DNA of 64,000 bases from Candidatus Poribacteria bacterium (lineage in GTDB: Bacteria > Poribacteria > WGA-4E > WGA-3G). This document shows positions 19,540 to 29,539 of the stretch, piece after piece; within the stretch, counting starts at the first letter, position 1; every line of letters starts with the position of its first letter. Made by a program: the position numbers and the translations under genes. The notes beneath the pieces were generated by a model that saw nothing but the letters and a program-made list of their open reading frames with translations, was not told the DNA's origin and made no database searches. The stretch spans positions 302,072 through 366,071 of the forward strand of contig CBDBFU010000020.1 of assembly GCA_965205025.1 (NCBI GenBank), in the 5' to 3' direction.

Positions 19540-19611
19540 ATACCATTTCTAAATGATGATTACTCATTACAAATTGAAGAAACCCCCTAAATCCCCCTTA
19601 TCAGGGGGACT
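19540..19611 (+). repeat. IS-end-like sequence ATACCATTTCTAAATGA followed by palindromic repeat CCCCCTAAATCCCCCTTATCAGGGGGACT
   Basis: The end motif recurs inverted at 29165-29181; hairpin TCCCCCT-TATC-AGGGGGA. Confidence 0.6.
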
Positions 19612-19717
19612 TTAACCTGCTCTAAAATCAGTCCCAGAAAGGGTTTATAGATATACGTGAAAAATCGCCATTTTTTTAAATTTTTTTTGATTTTTCATAC
19701 TTCGTTTTGTTTGAAGT

Positions 19718-19809
19718 GTTCTAAACCCTGTTCTGGTATAGGTTTGTAGGGATATAAGATTTCGATTTCCTTTTCACAACTGTTGTGAAAGTTTCACAAC
19801 AACTTTTCA
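19718..19809 (-). repeat. Divergent inverted variant of the 90-bp core
   Basis: Reverse complement has the same layout (TGAAAA; palindrome TTCACAAC-A-GTTGTGAA; GAAAT; CAGGGTTTA at the same spacing as copy 2). Confidence 0.55.
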
Positions 19810-19894
19810 TGATATGTTTTTATTGTAATGGACATAGTAACATAATATATTATATTCGTCAAGTTAAAATATACTTTTTGTAATATCTCTATAT

Positions 19895-19911
19895 TAACGT
19901 GAGTTTGATAA
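19895..19911 (+). mobile_element. Solo end of MITE A
   Basis: TAACGTGAGTTTGATAA, identical to the left IR at 4011. Confidence 0.6.
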
Positions 19912-19937
19912 TCAAAATAAAGTATATAATATGGTAC

Positions 19938-20082
19938 AATTTTATTTCATTTTGACAAATATTATTACTATGTTTTTTCTGTTTTTGTGATATACGTATG
20001 TTAGTTGTTAGAGATGTGTGTTTTCTTCATATTTTTTTCGATTTTATATAAGAATGTTTGATCCGTTAGATTTAATGCTTGC
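19938..20082. repeat. Degenerate repeat S, copy 2
   Basis: Matches 15785-15922. Confidence 0.8.
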
Positions 20083-20102
20083 TATCCTATAGTCATTTGA
20101 TA

Positions 20103-22040
20103 CTATTTCAATATCAACATCTTCCGAGTTGCTGTGAACTCACCAACTGTGAGTGTGTAGAAATATAAGCCGCTTGCAACTGGTTCACCAAGATTGTTTT
20201 TTCCGTTCCAATGTGCTGCACGGTTTCGGGTCTGGTAAATTCCAGCATTTTGATACCCAAGAGTCAAAGTACGTACAACTGAACCCTTTGATGTATAGAT
20301 TTTTATGGATACCTCGGATGGTTTGGCAAGATGATAGGGTATCCATGTCTCTGGGTTGAATGGGTTTGGATAGTTGGGTAGTAGTTTAGTTTTTTCTGGA
20401 ATTAGAGATTCTAAGAGTCGTTGGAGGAAATCTATACCTTGTTGAAAACTCTGGTCTACAAAGCTAATCCGTTGTGCTTGTGTTATCCATAGTTTGATAG
20501 TGGAATGTGTTGGTAAACCATTTAGCTTCGCAGGTAATATAGTTGGTGCAGAAGCTTGTTCACTCAGTCCACTTGCTATAGTAATGAGATCTTTGATGTC
20601 TACAACCCCATCTTTGTTAATATCTGCAATAGGTTCGTCTTCCTTACCAAATCGTGCGGCGACATAAGATAAATCTAAGATATCAACTGAACCGTCACCA
20701 TTTACATCCCAAGGTGGTTCTACAACCTTGGCAGATATTGCAATATAAGGTAACTTATTACCATCACTGTTTGAAAGCAATGCTGATAGACTTAGGGTTG
20801 ATGCTTTACGTTCTAAAACCTTAAACTTAATTGACGCAAGTGTACCATCACCACTACCTGAATCTTTTGTTGAAATACTGATAAAGGAGACCTGTCCTGG
20901 TTGATTCGTAGTTGGACCTTCAAATATATCTTCTGATAGATATTCCCCGAGTGTGTGAGAAACATAAATTAGTGATTCACTATCATAATCTATTGTTAAC
21001 TGAAACCCTCTTACATCTAATCCACCCATAATGTTGATATTTATTTCAAAATCACTGTCAACAGGTGGTACTTCAATAGTTACAGGTGAAATAGTAACAG
21101 AGGTAGATAAGTCCCATAAACGAATTATACGATCATACCCTCCACTTGCTAAGATCTCTCCATCTGGACTGAATTCCAGAACATATATCTCTGAAGTATG
21201 ACCATCAAGTAATGCAACTGAGATCTCAGTTGCAATATCCCATAATGAGATTCTTCTATTTGAATAAACACCAGCAAGCATTGTTCCGCTAGAGTTGATT
21301 GTTGTGTTTCTTAAATTATTTCCAGAGAGTATTTCTTTTAGTTGTCCCGTAATACTATCCCAGAGTATTATTACTCCATGCTTATCTGTGCTGGTGATTG
21401 TTTTTCCATCTTCTATGAAGGAAACATCATACACCTCAGTGTTATGCCCTGTAAGGGAACGTAGATGAAAACCGTTAGAGGCATCCCACATCCTAACTGT
21501 CCTATCCGAACTTCCACTTACAAGTAGTTTACCATCTGAACTATAGGCTATACTATTGACTCTATTTGTATGTCCTTCAAGAGTAACTCTATATAATCCA
21601 GTGGGGGCATTCCATAGACGTATTGTATAATCGGAACTTCCACTTGCCAGAGTTTTGCCGTCTGGACTAAAGGCAAGACTCAAAACAGAATTCCGATGAC
21701 CTTCAAGTGTAACTCTGTATTGACCTGCAGTTACATCCCATAGGCGTATTTTTCCATTTTCGCTTCCACTTGCCAGTGTTCTACCATCTGGACTAAAGGC
21801 AATAGAATAAATATAGGAATTATGTCCAGTAAGTTTATGCAATTCTGTACCTGAATTAACATCCCAAAGACGGATTGTTCTGTCTCTACTGGCACTTGCG
21901 AGTGTTTTACCATCTGGACTGAAGACTAATTTCCTTATAGATTCTGTATGTCCTTCAAGAGCGGTATATTGAAAGTCTTGAGCTAAGAGTATTGATGGTA
22001 GAAAAATAAATATCACAACAATGAATAGTTTTCTTTTCAT
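20103..22040 (-). CDS. Secreted WD40 repeat protein with cohesin, dockerin and CTD
   Basis: Start reassigned to MKRKLFIV (ATG 22040, AAAGGA RBS, signal peptide); GH...V..LAFSPDG.TLASGS.D.TIRLWD repeats; cohesin; DVNGDGSVDILD / DINKDGVVDIKD; CTD. Confidence 0.9.
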   Translation of the reverse strand: MKRKLFIVVIFIFLPSILLAQDFQYTALEGHTESIRKLVFSPDGKTLASASRDRTIRLWDVNSGTELHKLTGHNSYIYSIAFSPDGRTLASGSENGKIRLWDVTAGQYRVTLEGHRNSVLSLAFSPDGKTLASGSSDYTIRLWNAPTGLYRVTLEGHTNRVNSIAYSSDGKLLVSGSSDRTVRMWDASNGFHLRSLTGHNTEVYDVSFIEDGKTITSTDKHGVIILWDSITGQLKEILSGNNLRNTTINSSGTMLAGVYSNRRISLWDIATEISVALLDGHTSEIYVLEFSPDGEILASGGYDRIIRLWDLSTSVTISPVTIEVPPVDSDFEININIMGGLDVRGFQLTIDYDSESLIYVSHTLGEYLSEDIFEGPTTNQPGQVSFISISTKDSGSGDGTLASIKFKVLERKASTLSLSALLSNSDGNKLPYIAISAKVVEPPWDVNGDGSVDILDLSYVAARFGKEDEPIADINKDGVVDIKDLITIASGLSEQASAPTILPAKLNGLPTHSTIKLWITQAQRISFVDQSFQQGIDFLQRLLESLIPEKTKLLPNYPNPFNPETWIPYHLAKPSEVSIKIYTSKGSVVRTLTLGYQNAGIYQTRNRAAHWNGKNNLGEPVASGLYFYTLTVGEFTATRKMLILK

Positions 22041-22200
22041 GGAATGTAGTTCCTTTGAAGACAAGCCAAATAAGATTTTGGTAAAATGGATATAATTACA
22101 ACTTCGGATTATATCAAAACTGCTATGAATAATCAAGAATGAGGAACACTTGGGGTGTGTAAAGTTTTTGGCACTATAGGTGTAAATTGCAACAACAAAT

Positions 22201-22229
22201 TTGCAATAACAGAAAAAATATGGTATAAT
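22201..22229 (+). promoter_or_regulatory. sigma70-type promoter of the tRNA cluster
   Basis: TTGCAA-N17-TATAAT with extended TGn. Confidence 0.75.
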
Positions 22230-22264
22230 ATACTGACTTATTTCATAGAGAAATGAGTTATTAT

Positions 22265-22339
22265 CGGGGTGTAGCGCAGCCCGGCTAGCGCGTCTGCTTT
22301 GGGAGCAGAAGGTCGGAGGTTCGAATCCTCTCACCCCGA
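22265..22339 (+). tRNA. tRNA-Pro(TGG)
   Basis: CGGGGTG/CACCCCG stem; TCTGC-TTTGGGA-GCAGA; GTTCGAATC. Confidence 0.95.
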
Positions 22340-22347
22340 TTTCTTAT

Positions 22348-22421
<74 letters not shown>

Positions 22422-22431
22422 CCTATATAGT

Positions 22432-22504
22432 GGTGGATGTAGCTCAGGGGTAGAGCGCCTGACTGTGGATCAGGAGGTCGTGGGTTCAAATCCCATCATC
22501 CACC
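22432..22504 (+). tRNA. tRNA-His(GTG)
   Basis: G-1 and C73; CCTGA-CTGTGGA-TCAGG. Confidence 0.95.
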
Positions 22505-22515
22505 TATTTTAACAT

Positions 22516-22588
22516 GCGTCCGTAGTTCAATGGATAGAGCAATAGCCTTCGGAGCTATAAGTTGGGGGTTCGAATCCCTCCGGACGCG
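22516..22588 (+). tRNA. tRNA-Arg(TCG)
   Basis: GCGTCCG/CGGACGC; ATAGC-CTTCGGA-GCTAT. Confidence 0.92.
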
Positions 22589-22589
22589 T

Positions 22590-22662
22590 GCGCCGTTAGC
22601 TCAATTGGCAGAGCATCTGACTCTTAATCAGAGGGTTGAAGGTTCGATTCCTTCACGGCGCA
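22590..22662 (+). tRNA. tRNA-Lys(CTT)
   Basis: GCGCCGT/ACGGCGC; TCTGA-CTCTTAA-TCAGA. Confidence 0.95.
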
Positions 22663-22761
22663 TCTGTTGAATGTTTTCAAAAACAGATGACGCAATTCTC
22701 ATTCTGGTGAGTCAGATGAATGAACGTGTAATATTATTTTTGTTAGAGCGTTCAATTAATA

Positions 22762-22847
22762 GGGCGGGTGCTGGAATTTGGTAGACAGGATAGACTTAGG
22801 ATCTATTGGGGTTACGCCTCGTGAGGGTTCAAGTCCCTCCTCGCCCA
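22762..22847 (+). tRNA. tRNA-Leu(TAG)
   Basis: GGGCGGG/CTCGCCC; ATAGA-CTTAGGA-TCTAT; long variable arm; common position upstream of tig. Confidence 0.95.
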
Positions 22848-22998
22848 CTTACATATTATTTTCAATAGTATAGGTTATTATTTAATCAAGAAACAGTAAT
22901 TAATAGCTTCTATACTTAACTTTGATGTAAATTGATAAACCATGAGGTATTTTACATACGAGTTTTGTCTTTTGTAAGTTGACGAAGGAGTATCAAAC

Positions 22999-24303
22999 TT
23001 GAGAGTTGAAGTCGAAGCACTTGAAGAGACACAAGTCAAATTAGAGATTGAAGTACCATCAGAAAAAGTAGACACAGCACTCCAAGATGCCTACCAAACC
23101 TTACGCGGATACGTCTCCATGCCTGGTTTCAGGAAGGGTCGTGTTCCTTTATCTTTAATAAAATCCCGATTTCAAGAGCATATTAATTCAGAAGTTATCC
23201 GAGAGGTAGTTTTCCCTGCCTATGAAGATGCCCTCAACACTAAACAACTTGTTCCACTTGCTCAACCAACATTTGACCCACCTTTAGATCAGATTACTGT
23301 TACAGAAAACCAACCTATAGTCTTCACAGCTATCGTGAATGTTAAGCCAAGAATTTCTGTTCCTGATTATGAAGAAATAGAAACCGATAAATCCCCTGTT
23401 GATGTACCTCGGGAAAATGTTGAGGATTATATAGGAAAATTACAACTACAATCTGCTACATTTGAACCAATTGAAGAGGACCGGGTTGTTGAGGAGTCAG
23501 ATTGTGTGCGAATTGATTGGTCTTGTATTTTAGATGGTGAAGAGATAGAGGATGAATCTGGAATTGATGTAGATTTAGACTTAACCGCAGAAGAATTACA
23601 CTCAGATCTAAAGTTAGGTCTGATTGGAATGAAAGTAGGTGAAACAAAATCAATCACAGTTAATTTTGATGAGAATCATCCTGTTCCAACTCTTTCAGGT
23701 AAACAAGTTGTTTATGTTGTGAATCTACATGCAATTACTTCGAAGCACTTACCAGACCTTGATGATGAGTTTGCCAAAGACCTTGGGTATGAATCTTATA
23801 CGCAATTACATGGAGTAATTTGGAATAATCTTGTTGAAGAAGAACGGATGGTGCAACAGAATAAGCAGAAACAGGAAATACTTGAGCAGTTGATAGAAAA
23901 AACTGACATTGATATACCTGAAGATTTAGTTGAAGAGTATGTTGACCAGGCTATTCAGAATGTACATAAGCAACTCAACTCAGAACGTCAAACTGCAGAA
24001 GAAGCGGGAATTGATTTGGACAATTTACCTTCAGAAGTTCGTCGTAATGTGATACAGCAAACTAAACAGAATTGGATTTTTGAAGAAATCGCTGTAAACG
24101 AGAATATATTTGTAAGTGATGATGAGTTGGAGTGGGAAATCCGTCGTGCAGCAGAGCAGATGAATCGAGATGCCCAAAAATATGCTGACTTATTAAAATC
24201 GAGTAATCGATTCGAGGATTTTAGAACTCAATTACAACACGAGAAGATTTATCAGTTTTTAATAGAAATGTCCTCTGAGAAGAAGTCATTAATTATTACT
24301 TGA
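22999..24303 (+). CDS. tig: Trigger factor
   Basis: PGFRKGRVP ribosome-binding motif; FKBP-like domain; LPDLDDEFAK; upstream of clpP; TTG start with AAGGAG RBS. Confidence 0.95.
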   Translation: MRVEVEALEETQVKLEIEVPSEKVDTALQDAYQTLRGYVSMPGFRKGRVPLSLIKSRFQEHINSEVIREVVFPAYEDALNTKQLVPLAQPTFDPPLDQITVTENQPIVFTAIVNVKPRISVPDYEEIETDKSPVDVPRENVEDYIGKLQLQSATFEPIEEDRVVEESDCVRIDWSCILDGEEIEDESGIDVDLDLTAEELHSDLKLGLIGMKVGETKSITVNFDENHPVPTLSGKQVVYVVNLHAITSKHLPDLDDEFAKDLGYESYTQLHGVIWNNLVEEERMVQQNKQKQEILEQLIEKTDIDIPEDLVEEYVDQAIQNVHKQLNSERQTAEEAGIDLDNLPSEVRRNVIQQTKQNWIFEEIAVNENIFVSDDELEWEIRRAAEQMNRDAQKYADLLKSSNRFEDFRTQLQHEKIYQFLIEMSSEKKSLIIT

Positions 24304-24350
24304 TAGATTCATATTTATAAGACGATTCACGATTGAGAACATTGATAACC

Positions 24351-24393
24351 GACTATCTAAGATTACTAATTTATTTGATGATATTAGATAGTC
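24351..24393 (+). terminator. Hairpin between tig and clpP
   Basis: GACTATCTAA...TTAGATAGTC inverted repeat. Confidence 0.4.
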
Positions 24394-24566
24394 ATTAAGT
24401 AAAGGGATTTACCCCTACTTACCAAGAATTTGTTCTTTCTTGATTACGTAAGTAATCAGAGAAGATCCATCTCAATTTCTTACATGAGTCGTTCTGATAA
24501 TTTAGTTTAGTTTTATATTAATATTCTACCTTTTCAGGTTATATTTATTGTCAAACGGACATCAAA

Positions 24567-25157
24567 ATGAATCTTGTGCCAATTGTTGTTGAACAGACGA
24601 ATAGAGGGGAACGATCCTATGATATTTTTTCTCGGTTACTTGAAGATCGGATAATAATGATTGGATCTGTGATAGAAGATGATACGATAGCTAACCTGGT
24701 TACAGCACAGATGCTCTTTCTTGAAGGTAAAGACCCTGATGCGGATATTATCCTATATTTGAATACACCAGGGGGGTCAGTATCTGCAGGACTGGCTATA
24801 TATGATACGATGCAGTATATAAAAGCGGATGTTCAAACTTGGTGTTTAGGTCGGGCGTACAGTATGGGTGCAGTCCTTTTAGCTGCCGGAACTCCTGGCA
24901 AGAGATATGCTTTACCTCATGCTAAGGCATTAATTCATCAACCGATGGCAGGTGGAATTGGTGGGCAGGCAACGGATATAAGTATCCATGCGAATGAGAT
25001 TTTAAGAGAACGCGAAAGGCTCTATGATATTTTGGCACAGCACACGGGACAGGAAATCAAGAAGATAGAAAAAGATGCAGATCGAGATTTCTATATGACA
25101 GCTGAAGAAGCTCTTGAATACGGCATTGTTGATAATGTTGTCACCCACCGTCAATAA
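24567..25157 (+). CDS. clpP: ATP-dependent Clp protease proteolytic subunit
   Basis: [24 protein letters not shown] (Ser), IHQP (His), DRD. Confidence 0.97.
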   Translation: MNLVPIVVEQTNRGERSYDIFSRLLEDRIIMIGSVIEDDTIANLVTAQMLFLEGKDPDADIILYLNTPGGSVSAGLAIYDTMQYIKADVQTWCLGRAYSMGAVLLAAGTPGKRYALPHAKALIHQPMAGGIGGQATDISIHANEILRERERLYDILAQHTGQEIKKIEKDADRDFYMTAEEALEYGIVDNVVTHRQ

Positions 25158-25270
25158 GATAACTCATGTTTTCTTTTCTTAGAAATAGAAATGTGTAGAT
25201 TAGTTTTACCTTGATATTGAACTAAGTTTAGTTATAACAACTTTATAGGTAATGTAGTTAGGAGGGAAAA

Positions 25271-26560
25271 ATGTCAGAATCAGCAGATGGAAAAGTATTT
25301 TGTTCATTTTGCAATAGAGAACGAGCACAAGTTAATCGTCTTCTTCAAGGTACAGATGCGAACATTTGTGATGTATGTATAGACTATTGCAATCGAATCT
25401 TAGAACAAGGTAATGCTGCTCCTGAAATACCAGATCAGTCATCAGAAGCTGAAGATCCAACTATGGAAGATGAAGAACCTCCAATATTACTCCTTGAACC
25501 AGCTGAAATAAAGGCAAAACTTGACGAATATGTGATAGGACAAGAACAAGCTAAGAAAATCCTTTCTGTTGCAGTCTATACACATTACAAACGTTTGCAC
25601 CATGATAAAACTAATGATGTTGAATTAGATAAAAGCAATATATTACTAATTGGTCCAACAGGTACAGGTAAAACACTGCTGGCAGAAACTCTTGCTAAGG
25701 TATTAAATGTTCCATTTGCTATTACAGATGCGACGACACTTACAGAAGCTGGTTATGTTGGTGAAGATGTAGAGAACATTATTCTGAAATTAGTTCAGGC
25801 AGCAGATGGAAATATCAAGCGTGCTCAAACTGGGATAATCTATATTGACGAAATCGATAAAATTACACGTAAATCTGAAAATCCATCAATCACACGCGAT
25901 GTATCAGGTGAAGGTGTACAACAAGCCCTTTTGAAGATTTTAGAAGGAACAGTTGCAAGTATTCCCCCACGTGGTGGCCGGAAACATCCTCATCAAGAGA
26001 TGTGGGAAGTAGATACTAAGGATGTTCTCTTCATTTGTGGTGGTACTTTTATTGGATTAGAGAATTTAATCAAAGGTCGTTTAGGCAGACAAAGTATAGG
26101 TTTTGGATCTGAAATTCAATCTAAACAGGAACAGAAGATACATGAAATACTTAAACATGTAACAGCTAAAGACCTGATCAAATACGGTTTCATCCCAGAA
26201 CTAATAGGTAGATTACCAGTTGTTGCGAATCTGCATGAATTAGATGAATCTGCATTAATTAGAATTCTGACAGAACCGAAAAACGCGCTTGTCAAACAAT
26301 ATAGGCAACTTTTAGCGTATGAAGGTGTGGAATTCAACGTAACTGATGATGCACTCACTGCGATTGCCCATCAAGTAATTGAGCGTGAAACGGGTGCTCG
26401 TGGATTGCGATCAGTGATGGAGAATATTATGTTGGAGACAATGTATAAAATACCATCCTTAACTGAAATTAACACGTGCCAAATCACTGAAGATAGTGTT
26501 TTAGGGAATAGTCCACCAGAATTAATTAACGAAACACCCGAAGCCCTCAAAACCGCGTAA
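25271..26560 (+). CDS. clpX: Clp protease ATP-binding subunit ClpX
   Basis: CSFC...CDVC zinc finger; GPTGTGKT; IDEIDK; GRKHP; IGF loop. Confidence 0.97.
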   Translation: MSESADGKVFCSFCNRERAQVNRLLQGTDANICDVCIDYCNRILEQGNAAPEIPDQSSEAEDPTMEDEEPPILLLEPAEIKAKLDEYVIGQEQAKKILSVAVYTHYKRLHHDKTNDVELDKSNILLIGPTGTGKTLLAETLAKVLNVPFAITDATTLTEAGYVGEDVENIILKLVQAADGNIKRAQTGIIYIDEIDKITRKSENPSITRDVSGEGVQQALLKILEGTVASIPPRGGRKHPHQEMWEVDTKDVLFICGGTFIGLENLIKGRLGRQSIGFGSEIQSKQEQKIHEILKHVTAKDLIKYGFIPELIGRLPVVANLHELDESALIRILTEPKNALVKQYRQLLAYEGVEFNVTDDALTAIAHQVIERETGARGLRSVMENIMLETMYKIPSLTEINTCQITEDSVLGNSPPELINETPEALKTA

Positions 26561-26571
26561 AGGAGCAAACA

Positions 26572-29049
26572 ATGAGTCAAGAGTCTGATAGACCTGAAAG
26601 CGATTTGACTGTTTTTTTACCAGTAATCGCATTACCTCCAGAGTTTGAGACATTTTTTCCAAAGACCAAAGCAATCGTTGATCAGAGGTTAAAGGATTGG
26701 ACACCCTTATCTATTGCCCGGGAAATGAGTGTTCTTGCTGCAAGAAACGCGCTTGAAACAGATTTACATGTATTGCTTCTACATCAAAAAGCCGACCTTG
26801 AGGATGACATAGAACCACAACCGGATGATCTGCATTCAATCGGGATTATAGCTAAGATTGTGCAACCCTATGACCCAGAAGATGGGACACTACGTATTGC
26901 CATAGAAACTTTAGATAGAGCTATAGTTACCAAATGTATTAACGAAGATGGTTATCTAAAAGCAACTGTGCAGATTGTTACGGAACTTACGGGTGTAGTT
27001 GATGCTGCCAAGTCATTGATAAAAGAGGCAAAAAGTTCCTTTCGTAGTTATGCCAAAGCACATCCTAAACGTATACTACCTGATGTTGAAAAGTATGTCA
27101 GAGATATTGAAGAGCCTGGTATCCTTGCGGATAATATTTCCCGTTTTGCTGATTTTCCTGCAGTTAAGAGGCAAGAAATACTTGAAGAATTAAACCCGAT
27201 AAAACGGTTAAATTTTGTGATTGCACTTCTTGAAGCAGACCTTGATCTACTTGATTTGAAAGAAGAAATTCATAATGAAGTACATGAGTCAGTGAAAAAA
27301 ACACATAGAGAGTTCTTCCTGCAGGAACAAATGAAGGCAATTCAACGTGAACTCGGACGAGATGAAGAGATCGATGAGATTGATGATCTTCGTGAACAAG
27401 TAAAAAATGCGGGTATGACTGAGGAAGCCGAAAAGAAGGCACTTAAGGAAATTGATAGACTTGCTCAAATTCCACCCATGTCTGCTGAATCTGGCGTTAT
27501 CCGAAACTATGTAGATTGGCTGCTTGCAGTACCGTGGAAAGACAGAACAGAAAATACCATTGAAATAGATGAAGCAGAGAAAATCCTTGATGAAGATCAT
27601 TACGGATTGGAGAAGCCAAAATCGAATGTTTTAGAATACCTTGCAGTCTTGAAATTAGTCGAACAGGTTAAAGGACCTATTCTCTGTTTAGTTGGACCTC
27701 CAGGTGTAGGAAAAACTTCATTAGGTAAATCTATTGCCCGTGCCACAGGTAGAAAATTTGTTCGTATGTCTCTTGGTGGGGTCCGGGATGAAGCAGAAAT
27801 TCGTGGTCATAGAAGGACATACATTGGTGCAATTCCGGGTAGAATTATCCAAGGATTACGTGATGTAAAAACGAAAAACCCACTATTCCTACTTGATGAA
27901 ATCGATAAGTTAAGTTCGGATTGGCGTGGTGATCCTTCATCAGCTTTGCTTGAAGTTCTTGACCCAGAACAGAATGAAACATTTCGTGACCACTATTTAG
28001 ATGTTGAATTCGATCTGTCTGATGTAATGTTTGTCACGACAGCTAATACACGCCTGACTATCCCTGCAGCACTTGAGGATCGCATGGAGGTAATAGAACT
28101 CCCGGGTTATACTGATTTTGAGAAGCATAAAATAGCAACTTTCCATCCTAATGGTTTAATTCCAAAACAGTTGAGCAGTCATGGTTTAAAAGAAGATAAT
28201 ATTACATTTGCAGATTCTGCAATCTTTGATATAATCAACAAATATACTCGTGAAGCGGGAGTACGGAGTCTTGAACGTAGTATTACAACAGTGTGTAGGA
28301 AGATTGCAAAACAGATAGTTTCAGACGATTCACCTGATCTGAATGTTGATATTACCTCTTTAAATTTAAATGATTACCTTGGACCTGCCAAGTTTACACG
28401 AACTAAGGCACAAGAACATGATGAAGTGGGTGTATCGACTGGTATGGTATATACACAGGTAGGTGGAGATATAGTATCAGTCGAAGCCACCCTGATGCCT
28501 GGAGAAGGTAAACTTGATATGACCGGTCAACTACAAGAGGTGATGCGTGAATCTGTACAAACAGCGGTTGCCTACCTTCGATCTCGAACGGAACATTTTG
28601 ACATTTCAAAAGACAGATTTGAGAAATTCGATATACATATACATGTACCAGAAGGTGCTGTACCTAAGGATGGACCATCTGCAGGAATAACAGTCGCTAC
28701 AGCTATTCTAAGTGCTATCACCGGAAAGAAAGTACGAAAAGATATTGCTATGACGGGTGAAATTACACTTCGTGGTCATGTGTTACCAATTGGTGGTTTA
28801 AAAGAGAAAGCACTTGCAGCCTATCGTAATGGTATAGTTGATATAATTATGCCAGATGAAAACGAAAAAGATCTTGCAGATGTACCATCAGAAATCAGAG
28901 ATAATATTACATGGCATCAAGTTAGCGATATTACACAGGTAATTGAATTAGCGTTTTTAGATGAATCTGATGAACATGATGGCATTGCACCAACTACGGA
29001 TGATGTAGTATTACAAAATCCTGATGTAATCGGACAGACTGGGAACTAA
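26572..29049 (+). CDS. lon: Lon protease
   Basis: GPPGVGKT; [10 protein letters not shown]; PKDGPSAG (catalytic Ser); IGGLKEK. Confidence 0.97.
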   Translation: MSQESDRPESDLTVFLPVIALPPEFETFFPKTKAIVDQRLKDWTPLSIAREMSVLAARNALETDLHVLLLHQKADLEDDIEPQPDDLHSIGIIAKIVQPYDPEDGTLRIAIETLDRAIVTKCINEDGYLKATVQIVTELTGVVDAAKSLIKEAKSSFRSYAKAHPKRILPDVEKYVRDIEEPGILADNISRFADFPAVKRQEILEELNPIKRLNFVIALLEADLDLLDLKEEIHNEVHESVKKTHREFFLQEQMKAIQRELGRDEEIDEIDDLREQVKNAGMTEEAEKKALKEIDRLAQIPPMSAESGVIRNYVDWLLAVPWKDRTENTIEIDEAEKILDEDHYGLEKPKSNVLEYLAVLKLVEQVKGPILCLVGPPGVGKTSLGKSIARATGRKFVRMSLGGVRDEAEIRGHRRTYIGAIPGRIIQGLRDVKTKNPLFLLDEIDKLSSDWRGDPSSALLEVLDPEQNETFRDHYLDVEFDLSDVMFVTTANTRLTIPAALEDRMEVIELPGYTDFEKHKIATFHPNGLIPKQLSSHGLKEDNITFADSAIFDIINKYTREAGVRSLERSITTVCRKIAKQIVSDDSPDLNVDITSLNLNDYLGPAKFTRTKAQEHDEVGVSTGMVYTQVGGDIVSVEATLMPGEGKLDMTGQLQEVMRESVQTAVAYLRSRTEHFDISKDRFEKFDIHIHVPEGAVPKDGPSAGITVATAILSAITGKKVRKDIAMTGEITLRGHVLPIGGLKEKALAAYRNGIVDIIMPDENEKDLADVPSEIRDNITWHQVSDITQVIELAFLDESDEHDGIAPTTDDVVLQNPDVIGQTGN

Positions 29050-29070
29050 AATCTATCTCTCTAATATATT

Positions 29071-29181
29071 GTTGGTCGGGTTGAGGAATGAAACCCGATA
29101 GGACACTATAAAAAGTCGGGTTTCGCTACCGCTTCTACCCGACCTACGAAATAATGTAATATTATCATATAGAAATGGTAT
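29071..29181. repeat. Inverted REP-like pair followed by an IS-end-like motif
   Basis: GTTGGTCGGGTTGAGG..AAACCCGA ... GTCGGGTTTCGC..CTACCCGACCTAC, then TCATATAGAAATGGTAT. Confidence 0.65.
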
Positions 29182-29230
29182 TATATGGAATTCACATTAT
29201 TTTAGGATTATCTCTATCAAGAGAACGAAG

Positions 29231-29494
29231 ATGCGTGTAGATAAGTTTTTGCAAATTTCAAGACTTGTAAAGAGACGAACTACAGCAAACACATTATGTC
29301 ATCGTGGGAATATACTTGTAAATAACAACCCGACAAAAGCAGGCAAAACGGTCAAAGTTGGGGATCATATTACTATTGTTGAAAATCGACTCCCTCCAGA
29401 CGATGTAGAATATCTTACTTATGAGGTGTTGGAAATCCCCTCTGGTAATGTTTCCAGATCACGTGCCTCAACATTGTATCGCCGAGTTGAATAG
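29231..29494 (+). CDS. RNA-binding S4 domain protein (Hsp15/YabO-RqcP-like)
   Basis: MRVDKFLQISRLVKRRT.A...C..G...VN...K....VKVGD. Confidence 0.88.
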   Translation: MRVDKFLQISRLVKRRTTANTLCHRGNILVNNNPTKAGKTVKVGDHITIVENRLPPDDVEYLTYEVLEIPSGNVSRSRASTLYRRVE

Positions 29495-29539
29495 GGTGAA
29501 TAACAAATTATATCGTCAGCTTTCCAACCTACATAACAC

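Noticed and set aside
15130-19809. Possible CRISPR array or leader
   Set aside because: There are no regularly spaced identical 25-40 bp repeats with unique spacers and no cas genes; the palindromes only superficially resemble leaders.
5046-22040. Diversity-generating retroelement acting on the similar C-termini
   Set aside because: The similarity is ordinary paralogy with synonymous divergence; there is no reverse transcriptase and no adenine-specific TR/VR pair.
22041-22334. N-terminal 98 aa of the ORF-track call 20103..22334
   Set aside because: It is antisense to tRNA-Pro and its promoter; the real start with RBS and signal peptide is ATG 22040.
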